A stretch of 64,000 nucleotides of DNA from Actinomycetes bacterium (GTDB lineage Bacteria > Actinomycetota > Acidimicrobiia > Acidimicrobiales > SZUA-35). This document shows, in pieces, positions 1-9,679 of this stretch. The stretch covers positions 66,299 through 130,298 of the forward strand of contig JAJRQY010000140.1 of NCBI GenBank assembly GCA_024280015.1, given 5' to 3'. Positions within the stretch are counted from its first letter, which is position 1; every line of letters starts with the position of its first letter. Below the pieces are notes generated by a model that saw only the letters and a list, made by a program, of their open reading frames with translations, did not search any database and was not told the origin of the DNA. The translations under genes were made by a program, and so were the position numbers.

Positions 1-551
1 ATGGTCTGGCCGTACAACTGGCTGCAACGTTTGTCAGTCAGCGATGCCTGGTAGAGCTCGCCAGGTTTGGCTGGCACTCCATAGTCAACAATCAAGACTC
101 CGGCGAAGCCTTTCGGAAGGATGATTGTGTTGACGAGTCTGTCGCTGCTGACTTCGGCCTTGGGTTCGACCATGCCTGGGGATCCGAAACTGGACACTGT
201 GCCGACCAGATCAGGGCCAACGGGAATGGGAATGAACTCGGCTTGGATACCAAATTCATCTTGGAGTTTGGCCGCAACCTCATCGGGGTTAGCCACGATG
301 TCGCTGACGCGGATTCTCAGCTGGTCTTCCAAGTAGAGGATGGAAACGTCGTCGGCTTCAGCTGATGGCATACGAGTGAGGCGGGGGAGCCCAATCAAAA
401 CGATGACCAAGATGATGGCGGCAAAGGCGAAGATGGCAACAGGATGGGTGCGGAGGCCGGTGGGAGAAGGAGCCGGTTGTTGATTCATCCGTTTGGCGGC
501 ATCTACCAGTTCTTGGCCAAGATCGTCCTTGAATTGTTGGAGGTCGCTCAT
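1..551 (-). CDS. Putative anti-sigma factor / single-pass membrane protein (C-terminus lies beyond the left window edge)
   Basis: The minus-strand frame is open from ATG 551..549 to position 1. It is absent from the ORF track because no stop falls in the window. Its ATG overlaps the sigma-factor stop (ATGA). My translation begins MSDLQQFKDDLGQELVDAAKRMNQQ and is followed by one hydrophobic helix, VAIFAFAAIILVIVLIGL, then an extracytoplasmic part. This is the typical position and architecture for a cognate anti-sigma. Confidence 0.55.
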   Translation of the reverse strand, partial: MSDLQQFKDDLGQELVDAAKRMNQQPAPSPTGLRTHPVAIFAFAAIILVIVLIGLPRLTRMPSAEADDVSILYLEDQLRIRVSDIVANPDEVAAKLQDEFGIQAEFIPIPVGPDLVGTVSSFGSPGMVEPKAEVSSDRLVNTIILPKGFAGVLIVDYGVPAKPGELYQASLTDKRCSQLYGQT

Positions 552-1225
552 GTTGAGGTTTCTGTCTCTGGATCAGCCTGTTGGCTGGTCGGAGAGTCAA
601 ACTCAGATCGCAGTTGACGGAGTCCTCGCAGTACACGGACTCGGGCTGCGCCCGGCTTGCAGCCAAGCTGGTGTCCGATTTGTTCATAGCTCAGTTGGTT
701 GAGGACTCGAAGCCTGACCGCATCGCGGTTCTTGGTTGGCACACGGTTGAGTGCAGCATCGAGCCTGTCTTGATCGAGCCTCGAATCAGCCTGTTCAATC
801 TCTGCCCAGCCGCTGGTCGGGGCGACCAGCTCGATCATCTCCAAACGGTTTCGAGCGCGAGTCGTGATCTTCTGTCGCCGCCAAGAATCTGACAGAGTGT
901 TTGCCGCGATCCCGTGTAGCCACTGGGAAGGATTGCCGAGCGCATGGTCGAAGGAACTGATGGTGGACAGGGCCGTGGCGAATGTTTCGGCGGTGAGGTC
1001 GGCCACGAGCGTGTGGTCGCGCGTCCGGATCCAGAAGTAGGACATGATGGTGTCGACGTGGCGATGGTAGAACACGCCTAAAGCTTCCGCGTTGGTTGTT
1101 GTTGCGCCAAGAAGGTCCGCGTCGCTTTTGCGATCGCGGGGCTCCTCAAACGATGCCGTGCTGCCACCCACCGACACAGTATGGAGTCTTGGGGCCGCTA
1201 TTGGGCGGCTTGACAGAACAATCAT
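548..1225 (-). CDS. ECF-type RNA polymerase sigma-70 family factor
   Basis: Region 2-like segment FYHRHVDTIMSYFWIRTRDHTLVADLTAETF. Region 4 HTH segment NRDAVRLRVLNQLSYEQIGHQLGCKPGAARVRVLRGLRQLR. The exact start is uncertain because the N-terminus is long. Confidence 0.85.
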   Translation of the reverse strand: MIVLSSRPIAAPRLHTVSVGGSTASFEEPRDRKSDADLLGATTTNAEALGVFYHRHVDTIMSYFWIRTRDHTLVADLTAETFATALSTISSFDHALGNPSQWLHGIAANTLSDSWRRQKITTRARNRLEMIELVAPTSGWAEIEQADSRLDQDRLDAALNRVPTKNRDAVRLRVLNQLSYEQIGHQLGCKPGAARVRVLRGLRQLRSEFDSPTSQQADPETETST

Positions 1226-1338
1226 CAGTAGTACTTGTCACATGTCGCCGGGTTGTTACAAAAGAATTCGTTTTTCTTTGCTTGGACCGGTTGCAAGTCT
1301 GACGGTGGTTGCCATCCGCAGTGGCCTAGAGTCGCTGG

Positions 1339-2013
1339 GTGCGACTCGTGGTTTCTCGTATTCTGGTGATTGGTTTACTTGGTCTTGGCAGCATTGTTGG
1401 CTGTTCCAGTAACACAAACACACAGTCATTTTGTGATCAGGCCTGGGACTATCTGCAGTTTCAAGCCAGGATTGGTGACGTTGTTGCCGATCCGACCGAG
1501 ATGGAATCGTTCATGGAGAACTGGCAGCAGAGGCTGAGCGATCTTTCCGACGTTGCCCCTGACCATGCCTTGACCGAGCTCTCAATCATGCGGGCTGGCA
1601 TTGCCGATCTCGATCAGGATCTTGCTGGAGTCGATTATGACCTGTTTGCTTTGCCGGTCGATGGGTTGATGAGCCCCGATGCCGATGAAGCTGCGGCTCG
1701 CTTTGACCTGATCTTGGATGATGAGTGTCAGATCAATCCTGATGGAGCCAGTGTTCTGGTTCCTGCCCCAGATCCGCTGGATGATCCAGAGTTTGATGAA
1801 TTGATTGAGCCAAATCTTGGTCCAACAACGGTTGAGGAAGAACTGCAAGCAGATATTAGAGACCAGCTTGGCCTCAGCCAGCAGGAGAGCGAGTGCTTTA
1901 CCTCAAAAGTCAATTTGGACCAGTTGGAGCAGCTGGTCAGCAACGACATTGACCAAGACACAGGTTCAGCAGTCGTCGCTGCTCTTGAGAGTTGCGGGAT
2001 TACCCTGGACTGA
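1339..2013 (+). CDS. Hypothetical acidic lipoprotein
   Basis: Signal peptide with lipobox (LLGLGSIVGCSSN). The mature part is very acidic. No family recognised. Confidence 0.55.
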   Translation: MRLVVSRILVIGLLGLGSIVGCSSNTNTQSFCDQAWDYLQFQARIGDVVADPTEMESFMENWQQRLSDLSDVAPDHALTELSIMRAGIADLDQDLAGVDYDLFALPVDGLMSPDADEAAARFDLILDDECQINPDGASVLVPAPDPLDDPEFDELIEPNLGPTTVEEELQADIRDQLGLSQQESECFTSKVNLDQLEQLVSNDIDQDTGSAVVAALESCGITLD

Positions 2014-2035
2014 AGTGGCTACTAACCACTGACGA

Positions 2036-2557
2036 ATGGGAAGTGAGCTTGGGTCGTACCTCGGTAGGGTTCAATCCGTGACTACCTCCACACAGACCTC
2101 AAAGCCCGCAGTTGTTGGAGAAGGGGGAGTTGAATCTCGACGGATGCCGTTGATTTCCATTGGCTTGCTTGTCGGCTGGACATTTCTGGTTTGGGTCGGT
2201 CGGGTGCGCAATGTTCTTGCCGACGACGATCTCGCCGGGTTCGCTAAGACCTGGCGACTGGGTGTGGCCCTAGGGTTTGTGGTGGCAGGACTAGCGCTTG
2301 CTGCCCTGGTCCTGGCCCAAGTCCGACGATCAGGATCAGCGGGTTCGGCCAGCTTCTCTCGACCGTCTGCGGTTGGGAGTCTCGCCAGCCTTCTCGCCAT
2401 TGTTGGAATCATGTGGTGGTTCATCCGAGGTGGAGGCATCTTGTTGGCTGATTTCGATACCTCGTTCAAAATAGTTCACAGCGTGCTTGCCTTGGTCACT
2501 TTTGGCTTGAGCGGATTGGTCCTGATGGCCACACGAAGCACAGCGAAGGACCGCTAA
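2036..2557 (+). CDS. Hypothetical integral membrane protein
   Basis: About four hydrophobic helices (LISIGLLVGWTFLVWVG, LGVALGFVVAGLALAALVLA, LASLLAIVGIMWWFI, VLALVTFGLSGLVLMA). An alternative start at ATG 2144 (MPLISIG) is possible. Confidence 0.5.
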   Translation: MGSELGSYLGRVQSVTTSTQTSKPAVVGEGGVESRRMPLISIGLLVGWTFLVWVGRVRNVLADDDLAGFAKTWRLGVALGFVVAGLALAALVLAQVRRSGSAGSASFSRPSAVGSLASLLAIVGIMWWFIRGGGILLADFDTSFKIVHSVLALVTFGLSGLVLMATRSTAKDR

Positions 2558-2569
2558 GGTTGCACCGGT

Positions 2570-2893
2570 ATGGGTGAACCAGTCAGCGTTATTGAAAAAC
2601 CATCGGCCAATACGGGAATGATCCGCTTCGATACCAATCGGTCCTTGACCGGTATGGGTCATGAGCGGTACTCGGTCAACGCCGAAGTCATTGGTGATCG
2701 TCCACCCGATGTTGTCGCCCGATTGTTGTTCGCCACTGGCCAGGTCGATGCGGTGCACGTCTATGCCCAGACCATCATGGTCGAACTGGCGTCCGGGGCA
2801 AACAGTGATGGCCTCAAGGAGATCATCGAAGATCTCTACATTCATTACAAGCCTGGTGTTGAAGTACCAACGCCTGAATCCTTCGGCGGCTGA
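2570..2893 (+). CDS. Small Nfu/NifU N-terminal-domain-like protein (tentative)
   Basis: 107 aa. The pattern IRFDTNRSLTGMG...ARLLFATGQVDAVHVYAQTIMVEL...IIEDLY resembles the Nfu_N scaffold fold as I recall it. It lacks a CxxC Fe-S motif. Confidence 0.4.
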   Translation: MGEPVSVIEKPSANTGMIRFDTNRSLTGMGHERYSVNAEVIGDRPPDVVARLLFATGQVDAVHVYAQTIMVELASGANSDGLKEIIEDLYIHYKPGVEVPTPESFGG

Positions 2894-2989
2894 GGTAAAC
2901 CAGGAACGCTTTCTCTGGCGTTGTTCACTTCGTGTGGCTAACCCCATCAGATAAAACGATGGACGACTTTTCCAACGAGGTTGCCAGTA

Positions 2990-3005
2990 TCGAACAAATG
3001 TTCGA
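2990..3005. promoter_or_regulatory. LexA (SOS) operator, perfect palindrome TCGAAC-AAAT-GTTCGA
   Basis: Read directly at 2990..3005. It matches the Gram-positive/actinobacterial consensus TCGAAC-N4-GTTCGA and lies 11 nt upstream of the ATG at 3017. A near-identical site precedes dnaE2 at 16500..16515. Confidence 0.75.
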
Positions 3006-3016
3006 TACTGGGGAAG

Positions 3017-3802
3017 ATGATGGATCACAGAACCGCTGCTCTTGGGCAACCACTTGCCCGGCCAGAGCTAGATCCAGAACTTCTCGCCAAGATCCAACCG
3101 GTGACCCTTTCCCGGGATCGCCTGATTGATGTTCCGGATCTTCTAGTCCCCCTCTTTCCTGACGGCGGAATCCAACGAGGTTGGAGCCTTGGCCTTGACG
3201 GTCATGGCTCCTGGGGGGTTGCTATGGCCCTACTGGCCAGCGGTCTTGGTCAAGAAGGTTGGGTAGCGATTGTTGGGTTGCCAACGTTCAATCTTGCTGC
3301 CGCTGCTCAGTACGGCCTCCGACTTGATCGGGTTCTTCTGGTGGATGAACCAGGGCCAGGGCGCTTGGCTACGGTCCTGGCAACCCTGTTGGAAGCAGTT
3401 GACATCGTGGTGCTTTCTCCCCAGAACCGAGTTGGTGCTCGGGATGCTCGCCGCCTGGTTGGCCGGGCAAGAGAGCAGGAATCAATCCTGTTCCACCTTG
3501 ATGGTGGGGCGACATGGCCAACCAAACTGAACCTGTCCTTGTCAACGTCGATTGTTGGATGGGAAGGGCTTGGTCAGGGGCATGGCCATCTACGTTCCCG
3601 GCAGGTGAGGGTCCAGGCACAGGGCCGACGGGGCAGTTCGCAGAAGGTGTCGGTCGATGTGCTGTTGCCAGATTCCAAAGGCAAGCTTGCCTCTGTCGAA
3701 CCAGTCAAGTTTGCTCAAGTTGAGTCGCCACATCCGACCGACCCGATTGCCATACATTCCCTGGTTGCCGAAATTGAGGGTGGCCGGGTTCGAGCGTCGT
3801 GA
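3017..3802 (+). CDS. imuA': ImuA' (RecA/SulA-fold accessory protein of the SOS mutasome)
   Basis: Lies directly upstream of imuB with a GTGA start/stop overlap. The motif pattern GGIQRGWSLGLDGHGSWGVAMALLASGLGQEGWVAIVGLPTFNLAAAAQYGLRLDRVLLVDEPGP...LLEAVDIVVL is typical of actinobacterial ImuA'. The ORF-track start (TTG 2981) would place the LexA box inside the gene, so ATG 3017 (preceded by GGGGAAG) is preferred. Confidence 0.75.
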   Translation: MMDHRTAALGQPLARPELDPELLAKIQPVTLSRDRLIDVPDLLVPLFPDGGIQRGWSLGLDGHGSWGVAMALLASGLGQEGWVAIVGLPTFNLAAAAQYGLRLDRVLLVDEPGPGRLATVLATLLEAVDIVVLSPQNRVGARDARRLVGRAREQESILFHLDGGATWPTKLNLSLSTSIVGWEGLGQGHGHLRSRQVRVQAQGRRGSSQKVSVDVLLPDSKGKLASVEPVKFAQVESPHPTDPIAIHSLVAEIEGGRVRAS

Positions 3803-5457
3803 CCGTGACCAGGATGCTCACCGTCTGGTGCCCAGATTGGCCAGTCGTTGCTTGGGGAGTGCCGCTGGATGAACCCTCCGTCGTGGTGTCGGCTAATCGG
3901 GTTATTGCTACCTCGCCAGCAGCCCGAACCGAAGGGATCGCTGTTGGCCAGCGTCGACGTGACGCCCAAGGTCGCTGCCCCGAGGTGGCGGTGCTTGACC
4001 GTGACACCGATCGAGAAGCACGAGTCTTCGAGCCAGTAGCCGCGGCCTTAGAGGCCTTTACCCCTCGGATCGAACTTGTTGGCCCGGGAATGGTTTCCTT
4101 CCCAACTCTTGGGCCATCTCGATTCTTTGGAGGCGATGAGGAGCTGGCAGACCTTGCCTTCGATGCGGTTGGAACTGTATTGGGTGAGCGAGGCGAAGTT
4201 CGGGTCGGCATTGCTGATGGATCCTTCGCTGCCTACCTAGCCGCCCGATCCGTTTCGGCCCAGTTGCAGCCACGCATTGTTGCCCCGGGCCAGAGTGCTG
4301 GGTTCCTCGCCCCGATCACGATCCAGACCTTGGAGCGGTCCGATCTAGTTGATGTGCTTGGCAGGCTCGGCTTGCAAACGTTGGGGGCCTTCGCTTCGCT
4401 GAGTGCGGCTGATGTTGTTGGCCGCTTTGGTCGAGAAGGTCAGCTAGCTCATCGCCTAGCCAGTGGGGTTGATGAGCACACACCAGACCTGCGAAAGCCA
4501 GGTGAAGATTTGTCGGTGACCTGGTTGTTTGAACCAGCCGCTGATCGGATTGACCGTTGTGCCTTTGCGGCCAAAGCTCTGGCTGAGGAACTGCATGCGA
4601 CCTTGTCGGCCAATGGGCTTGCCTGTGTTCGGGTGGCAATCGAGGCCGAAACGGAGAACGGTGAATGTCATGTTCGTCTTTGGCGACATGAGGGGGCCTT
4701 GTCGGCCGCTGCTTTGGCCGAGCGCGCCCGTTGGCAACTTGATGGCTGGTTGCAGATGGCAGCTAGCGCAAGCAAGCCGAAGAAGATCGACCAGGAAGCC
4801 AGAAAGGGCACTGACCAGAATGACGAGGTTGCCAGGTCGAACGGTCCTACCGCAGGAATCACTCGTCTGAGTCTTATCCCTGATGAGGTCGTTGCTGCTT
4901 CTGGTCGTCAACTGGGATTCTGGGGCGGTCGAGCAGAGCGAGCCGATGAGGTGACTCGAGCGGTTGCCCGGTTGCAAACTCTGCTTGGGCCCGAAGCAAT
5001 CCAGGTACCCGAACGTCGTGGCGGTCGAGGAGCGGCCGAGCAAATATCACTCATTCCTGCTGCGGCGGTTGACTTGGGCGAAACTCGGATTGCCACCGAG
5101 GTGGGATGGGTGAAAGAACCATGGCCAGGCCAGCTGCCACTTCCTGTCCCAAGCAGGGTGTGGAGTGATCCACAAGAAGTTCAGTTGCTTGATGCCATTG
5201 ACTCGCCCATTGGAGTGTCTGGCCGGGGTGAATTGACCTCTAATCCGGCGATGGTTTGTTTGGATCTTACTCCTCATGCGACGAGGCGTCGTCGTTCGCA
5301 TGTCGTTGCCTGGGCTGGACCTTGGCCTGCTGATGAACGTTGGTGGGATAATGACTCGCATCGGCGTCGAGCCAGGCTCCAGTTGGAGCTTGATGATGGA
5401 TCGGCCCATGTCGTGGTAATCGAGCATGGGGTTTGGTGGCTGGAAGCCACCTTCTGA
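3799..5457 (+). CDS. imuB: ImuB, catalytically inactive Y-family polymerase-like mutasome subunit
   Basis: The N-terminus MLTVWCPDWPVVAWG and the segment VIATSPAARTEGIAVGQRRRDAQ are characteristic of ImuB. 552 aa. Positioned between imuA' and unrelated genes, with dnaE2 in the same window. Confidence 0.85.
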   Translation: MTVTRMLTVWCPDWPVVAWGVPLDEPSVVVSANRVIATSPAARTEGIAVGQRRRDAQGRCPEVAVLDRDTDREARVFEPVAAALEAFTPRIELVGPGMVSFPTLGPSRFFGGDEELADLAFDAVGTVLGERGEVRVGIADGSFAAYLAARSVSAQLQPRIVAPGQSAGFLAPITIQTLERSDLVDVLGRLGLQTLGAFASLSAADVVGRFGREGQLAHRLASGVDEHTPDLRKPGEDLSVTWLFEPAADRIDRCAFAAKALAEELHATLSANGLACVRVAIEAETENGECHVRLWRHEGALSAAALAERARWQLDGWLQMAASASKPKKIDQEARKGTDQNDEVARSNGPTAGITRLSLIPDEVVAASGRQLGFWGGRAERADEVTRAVARLQTLLGPEAIQVPERRGGRGAAEQISLIPAAAVDLGETRIATEVGWVKEPWPGQLPLPVPSRVWSDPQEVQLLDAIDSPIGVSGRGELTSNPAMVCLDLTPHATRRRRSHVVAWAGPWPADERWWDNDSHRRRARLQLELDDGSAHVVVIEHGVWWLEATF

Positions 5458-5477
5458 TATATTTTGAGCTTCTAACT

Positions 5478-6782
5478 ATGTCAGCGCCAAAGCAATCAAT
5501 GATGAGCGACGCCTTTGCGTCACTAGAGAATGTTGAGTACCGACTCCTGTGGTGGGCAGGGACGTTCTCCTTCATGTCCATGCAGATGCAATTCTTCCTG
5601 CGGGGCATCTTGGCCTGGGACCTCACCGAGCGCGAAGGAGCACTCGGCCTGGTCTATCTGATCATGGGTCTCGGAATGCTGATTTTCACTCCACTTGGGG
5701 GAGTGACCTCAGACCGCTACTCGAAGCGGAAGGTCTTGTTGTGGAGCCAGGGGCTACTTACTCTTGGGGCTGTTGCCATGGGTGTCATGGTGAGCACGGG
5801 CAATGAGCAGTTCTGGATGCTTCTTGTTGCTTCTGGTGCTCAAGGTATTGGATTCGGATTCTTCGGGCCTTCTCGGGTTGCCTTTACTGCTGAATTGGTC
5901 GGCCGCAAGCAGCTGGGCAATGCCATCTCTCTTTCGCTGTTGAGCATGAATGGCACCCGAATCTTTGCTCCAGCAATGGCTGGTGTGCTGGTTGGGGTTC
6001 ACTCCATCGGTATCGGCGGGGGCTACTTGCTTTCGGCTTCGCTGGCCATTGTCAGCCTGTTCATCTTGTTCCGGCTCACGGACGAACCTGCTGTTCGTAC
6101 TGATGAACGGAGAAACCCTTTTGTCGAAATCATTGACGGCATCCGATATGTGAAGAGCATCCCGTCACTGCGCCGGCTTGTCCTTTGTTCTTTCTTCGTC
6201 ATCATGTTTGCCTTCAGCTATGTGGTCTTCGTTCCCGCTCTAGTCGAAGGCGTCTATGGGCTTTCGGAGGGTTGGGTTGGCCTGTTCAGTTCGGCCAGCG
6301 CTATTGGAGCGGTGGCTGTGTCCATCCCGCTGGCAGCTCGAGCCGACTCGTCAAGGGCCAAGACGGCCATGGTTGTGTTCGGTATCGGTTTTGGGTTGAC
6401 CGTCTTACTGCTTGGTCTTGCTCCAGAATTCTGGTCAGCACTTGTCGTTGTCGCCTTTGTTGGTGCAGCCTCAACTGGCTTCCAAACCCTGGCCAACACT
6501 CTTGCCCTTGGTTTGGCTGATGATGCCCACCAGGGACGAGTGCAGTCACTGTTTCAGCTCTCGTTCGCCGGTTTTGGCGTAGCTGCTTTCCCGCTCGGTG
6601 CCCTAGCTGAAACGATCGGTCTACAAAACACCATCATGGTGATGGGGGCGATTGCGTTGGCGGCAATGGTGATCTTCAACCTGGCCGAAAAACGCGACGC
6701 TCAGACGCTGCTTCCCGAGTCAACTTCGCCGGGTCAGGACAGTACGTCGGTTGAGGGTCGGGTGTTTCCTGTCGGGTCTTAG
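5478..6782 (+). CDS. MFS transporter
   Basis: About 12 hydrophobic helices. MFS loop motif GGVTSDRYSKRKVL between TM2 and TM3. Start placed at ATG 5478 (MSAPKQ) rather than the ORF-track 5433, which overlaps imuB. Confidence 0.8.
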   Translation: MSAPKQSMMSDAFASLENVEYRLLWWAGTFSFMSMQMQFFLRGILAWDLTEREGALGLVYLIMGLGMLIFTPLGGVTSDRYSKRKVLLWSQGLLTLGAVAMGVMVSTGNEQFWMLLVASGAQGIGFGFFGPSRVAFTAELVGRKQLGNAISLSLLSMNGTRIFAPAMAGVLVGVHSIGIGGGYLLSASLAIVSLFILFRLTDEPAVRTDERRNPFVEIIDGIRYVKSIPSLRRLVLCSFFVIMFAFSYVVFVPALVEGVYGLSEGWVGLFSSASAIGAVAVSIPLAARADSSRAKTAMVVFGIGFGLTVLLLGLAPEFWSALVVVAFVGAASTGFQTLANTLALGLADDAHQGRVQSLFQLSFAGFGVAAFPLGALAETIGLQNTIMVMGAIALAAMVIFNLAEKRDAQTLLPESTSPGQDSTSVEGRVFPVGS

Positions 6783-7864
6783 AAGATGATGACGCTGCGG
6801 GTTTCGGTCCCGGTCTTCAGTTCTTCAAACCCCTCGTTGATTTCTTCCAGCGTGATGGTCTTGGCCACCATGGCGTCCAGGTTCAGGCGGCCGTCCAGGT
6901 ACATGTCAACGATGCGGGGCATGTCGGTGCGGAACTGATTGGATCCCATATTTGAGCCGGTCAGAGTTCTTTCCATGATGAGGTCGGCGCCATGAATTTC
7001 GATCATGGTGCCAACGGGAATGAGGCCGATGACGGTGGCTTGACCACCGCTGCGCAGCATCTTGAATGATTGCTCAGCCGTGACCTTCAGACCGACGGCT
7101 TCAAAACTGTAGTGGACGCCACCTTCGCTGATTTCCTTGACCTGCTTCACCGGGTCGCCATCGCTCGGATTGACGATGTGCGTGGCACCTAACTCCTGAG
7201 CCAGTTCGAGTTTGGCCCCAACCATGTCGACGGCGATGATCTTGTTGGCGCCAGCGATACGGGCCCCTTGGATGGCAGATAGGCCAATGCCACCACAGCC
7301 AATGACCGCAACCGTCGAGCCGGGCTCGACCTTGGCTGTGCGAAAGACCGCACCAAGCCCGGTGGTGACCGCACAGCCAATGAGCGCGGCCTTGTCAAGC
7401 GGCATGTCTTCGCGAATCTTCACCAGGGCGTGCTCGTGGATCAACATGTGCTCGGCGAAGGAAGACAGATGCATGAACTGGTGGATGACCTCACCGTTTC
7501 GGCTGAGGCGAGGGCTTTCTTCAGCACCTCGAACCAGGTGGGTGTGCTTGTTTTCACAGAGTGACATGTGGCCGCTGAGGCATTGCTCGCAGTAGCCGCA
7601 AAAAGCAGACAAGCAGGTGATGACGTGATCACCGGGCTTGACATAGCTGACCATCGAACCGACTGCTTCCACCACACCTGCTGACTCGTGACCAAGCAAT
7701 GTCGGCAGTGGATGTGGATAGGTGGCCTCCATGAAATGAAGGTCGCTATGACATAACCCTGCGGCTGCTGTCTTGACGAGGACCTCACGAGGGCCGGGCT
7801 CGCCGATGTCGACGTTCTCGATGTGTAGCTGACCAGGGGCGGAATTGAGTACGGCTGCTTTCAT
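6779..7864 (-). CDS. Zinc-dependent alcohol dehydrogenase family (class III-like)
   Basis: MKAAVL...GLCHSDLHF...LGHESAGVVEAVG catalytic-Zn motif. Structural Zn cysteines CGYCEQCLSGHMSLC. Rossmann motif VAVIGCGGIGLS. Start at ATG 7864. Its stop overlaps the convergent MFS stop. Confidence 0.85.
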   Translation of the reverse strand: MKAAVLNSAPGQLHIENVDIGEPGPREVLVKTAAAGLCHSDLHFMEATYPHPLPTLLGHESAGVVEAVGSMVSYVKPGDHVITCLSAFCGYCEQCLSGHMSLCENKHTHLVRGAEESPRLSRNGEVIHQFMHLSSFAEHMLIHEHALVKIREDMPLDKAALIGCAVTTGLGAVFRTAKVEPGSTVAVIGCGGIGLSAIQGARIAGANKIIAVDMVGAKLELAQELGATHIVNPSDGDPVKQVKEISEGGVHYSFEAVGLKVTAEQSFKMLRSGGQATVIGLIPVGTMIEIHGADLIMERTLTGSNMGSNQFRTDMPRIVDMYLDGRLNLDAMVAKTITLEEINEGFEELKTGTETRSVIIF

Positions 7865-7907
7865 AGAGTAATTGTTGCCGCGATCGCCGTTCTTGTCAGA
7901 TCCAAGG

Positions 7908-8438
7908 TCAGGAAGATGTGTCTTCGGCGCTGCACCCGACACAACTGTCGGAGACAAAGGTGTCGACTGACTGGGCGAATCGTTCGAGAAACTCGGCCAG
8001 CAAGAGCTGTTCAGCAGGATCGAAACGGCTCAGAATTTGGGACAACCCCTCTTGGATCCTGGCGTAAAATGTCTCGTATACCCGCCGGCCCTCCTTGGTG
8101 GCAGACACAACATAGGAGCGCTGATCCTCGGTTGATTTCTCCCGAATGGCATAGCCTCGAGAACTCAAGCAGCTGACGGCCCGAGTAGTAGAAGCTGGGG
8201 TGATGTGCAAGGCGTCGGCCAACTCACCCATGCGAAGCGGACCTTGCTGTACCAAGACACTGAGGGCATCAGCCAAGGCCATATCTAAAGCATCGGGGTC
8301 GCCCTCCACTCCGTAGAACAGCCCCTTGATCTCCGAAGCGGCGGCTCCCCGGCGAATCTCTCGCCAGGCTCCGCCGACCCGAGGGCGAACATCTGCATCT
8401 TGGTTCGCGGCAGCAGTCACACGCTCAGTGTGCAACAT
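7908..8438 (-). CDS. MarR family transcriptional regulator
   Basis: Winged-HTH segment PLRMGELADALHITPASTTRAVSCLSSRGYAIREKSTEDQRSYVVSATKEGRRV. Confidence 0.8.
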   Translation of the reverse strand: MLHTERVTAAANQDADVRPRVGGAWREIRRGAAASEIKGLFYGVEGDPDALDMALADALSVLVQQGPLRMGELADALHITPASTTRAVSCLSSRGYAIREKSTEDQRSYVVSATKEGRRVYETFYARIQEGLSQILSRFDPAEQLLLAEFLERFAQSVDTFVSDSCVGCSAEDTSS

Positions 8439-8470
8439 GGCGAGCAGACAAGCCAGTCGACCACGTGACT

Positions 8471-9679
8471 TTAGTCATTGCTCGGACGAGCTTCCTGCGC
8501 GTTGAGGTCGGTGAAGGCAACGTGTGCCTCAAGAGCAAGCGCTCGGATTGGTTGCCCGGTTTCTGCGGCAACTCGGACAAGGTCCTCATATTCGGGCTTG
8601 GCCCCAAAGGGGCCGATCTTCATTGTGACGGGATGGCCGGCGACCTCAACGGTCTTGAACTGGCGCGGAAGAACATGTTTGTTGACGCCGTGTTCCCGAA
8701 TGCCCAGTGTCCCGGTTTCGCGGTAGATGACGTTGCGCAGATCGGCTGAGAGCGAGGGCGAACACAGTACACGAAGCTCATTCGCCGGACGTCCCTTCTT
8801 CATGACGATTGGGACGAGCCATGCATCATCGGCTCCCGCATCGAGCAGGACCTGGACGGTGTTGGCCAAGACCTCGGGGGTGACGTCATCAAGATTGGTG
8901 GCCAGCATGACGCTGGCCTGCACTCTTGCTGTTGACGGGTTGCTCGTTGAGTCGGAGTCAGGGTGGAGAAGGAACATGCTGAGCACGTTCGGGTGGCTGG
9001 CCGGGTCGCGTCCTCCGGCCCCGCGGCTGATTGCCTCGATTGACCCCGAAGGTATCTGACCAGTGGCCGAGGCCAGTTCGGCCAGCAGGGCGGCACCGGT
9101 CGGTGTGCAGGTCTCGGCCGCAGTATCGATGCTACGAACGGGCATACCAACCAGAAGTGAAGCGGTAGCTGGCGCTGGAATGGGCAGTACGCCGTGGGCC
9201 GCCTTAACGGTGCCATGCCCAAGCCCGACGGGCCCGACAATGATCTGGCTTACATCCAGCTGATCCAGCAAGATCCAGGTACCGACGATGTCGACAATGG
9301 CATCAATCGCTCCGACCTCGTGGAAGTGGACTTCTTCCAGAGAGACCTGATGCTGATCGGCCTCGACCAGGCCGAGTCGATGAAAGGTCCCTCGGGCCCC
9401 GGTTCGAACCGCAACTGGCAGCTCTGCGTCAGCCAGCATGGTGTCGATTTCTGACCAATGTCTTGGGGTTGCTGTTTCTTGCGTGCTGACCTTGACCCTG
9501 TTCGCTGCGATCCCGGCACGCGTAACCGTTTCGGAGGAGATTGAATAGCCGTCAAGGTTGAGAGAAGCGAGACCCTCGACAAGTGAGTCCGTGTCGCCGA
9601 CTAGGGCAGACAGGGCTCCAAGGAACATGTCGCCTGAGGCGCCAAAGCTCGGGTCAATCCACAAAACCGAGCTGTTCAT
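8471..9679 (-). CDS. larC: LarC, nickel-insertion (CTP-dependent cyclometallase) protein of nickel-pincer nucleotide cofactor synthesis (DUF111)
   Basis: The N-terminal LWIDPSFGASGDMFLGAL matches the DUF111/LarC signature. Start at ATG 9679 (MNSSVLW) overlaps the larB stop. Confidence 0.85.
   Translation of the reverse strand: MNSSVLWIDPSFGASGDMFLGALSALVGDTDSLVEGLASLNLDGYSISSETVTRAGIAANRVKVSTQETATPRHWSEIDTMLADAELPVAVRTGARGTFHRLGLVEADQHQVSLEEVHFHEVGAIDAIVDIVGTWILLDQLDVSQIIVGPVGLGHGTVKAAHGVLPIPAPATASLLVGMPVRSIDTAAETCTPTGAALLAELASATGQIPSGSIEAISRGAGGRDPASHPNVLSMFLLHPDSDSTSNPSTARVQASVMLATNLDDVTPEVLANTVQVLLDAGADDAWLVPIVMKKGRPANELRVLCSPSLSADLRNVIYRETGTLGIREHGVNKHVLPRQFKTVEVAGHPVTMKIGPFGAKPEYEDLVRVAAETGQPIRALALEAHVAFTDLNAQEARPSND

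Noticed and set aside
2336-3049. The 237-aa minus-strand ORF spanning the Nfu-like gene and the imuA' promoter.
   Set aside because: It overlaps two co-directional plus-strand genes and the LexA box, and no family was recognised.
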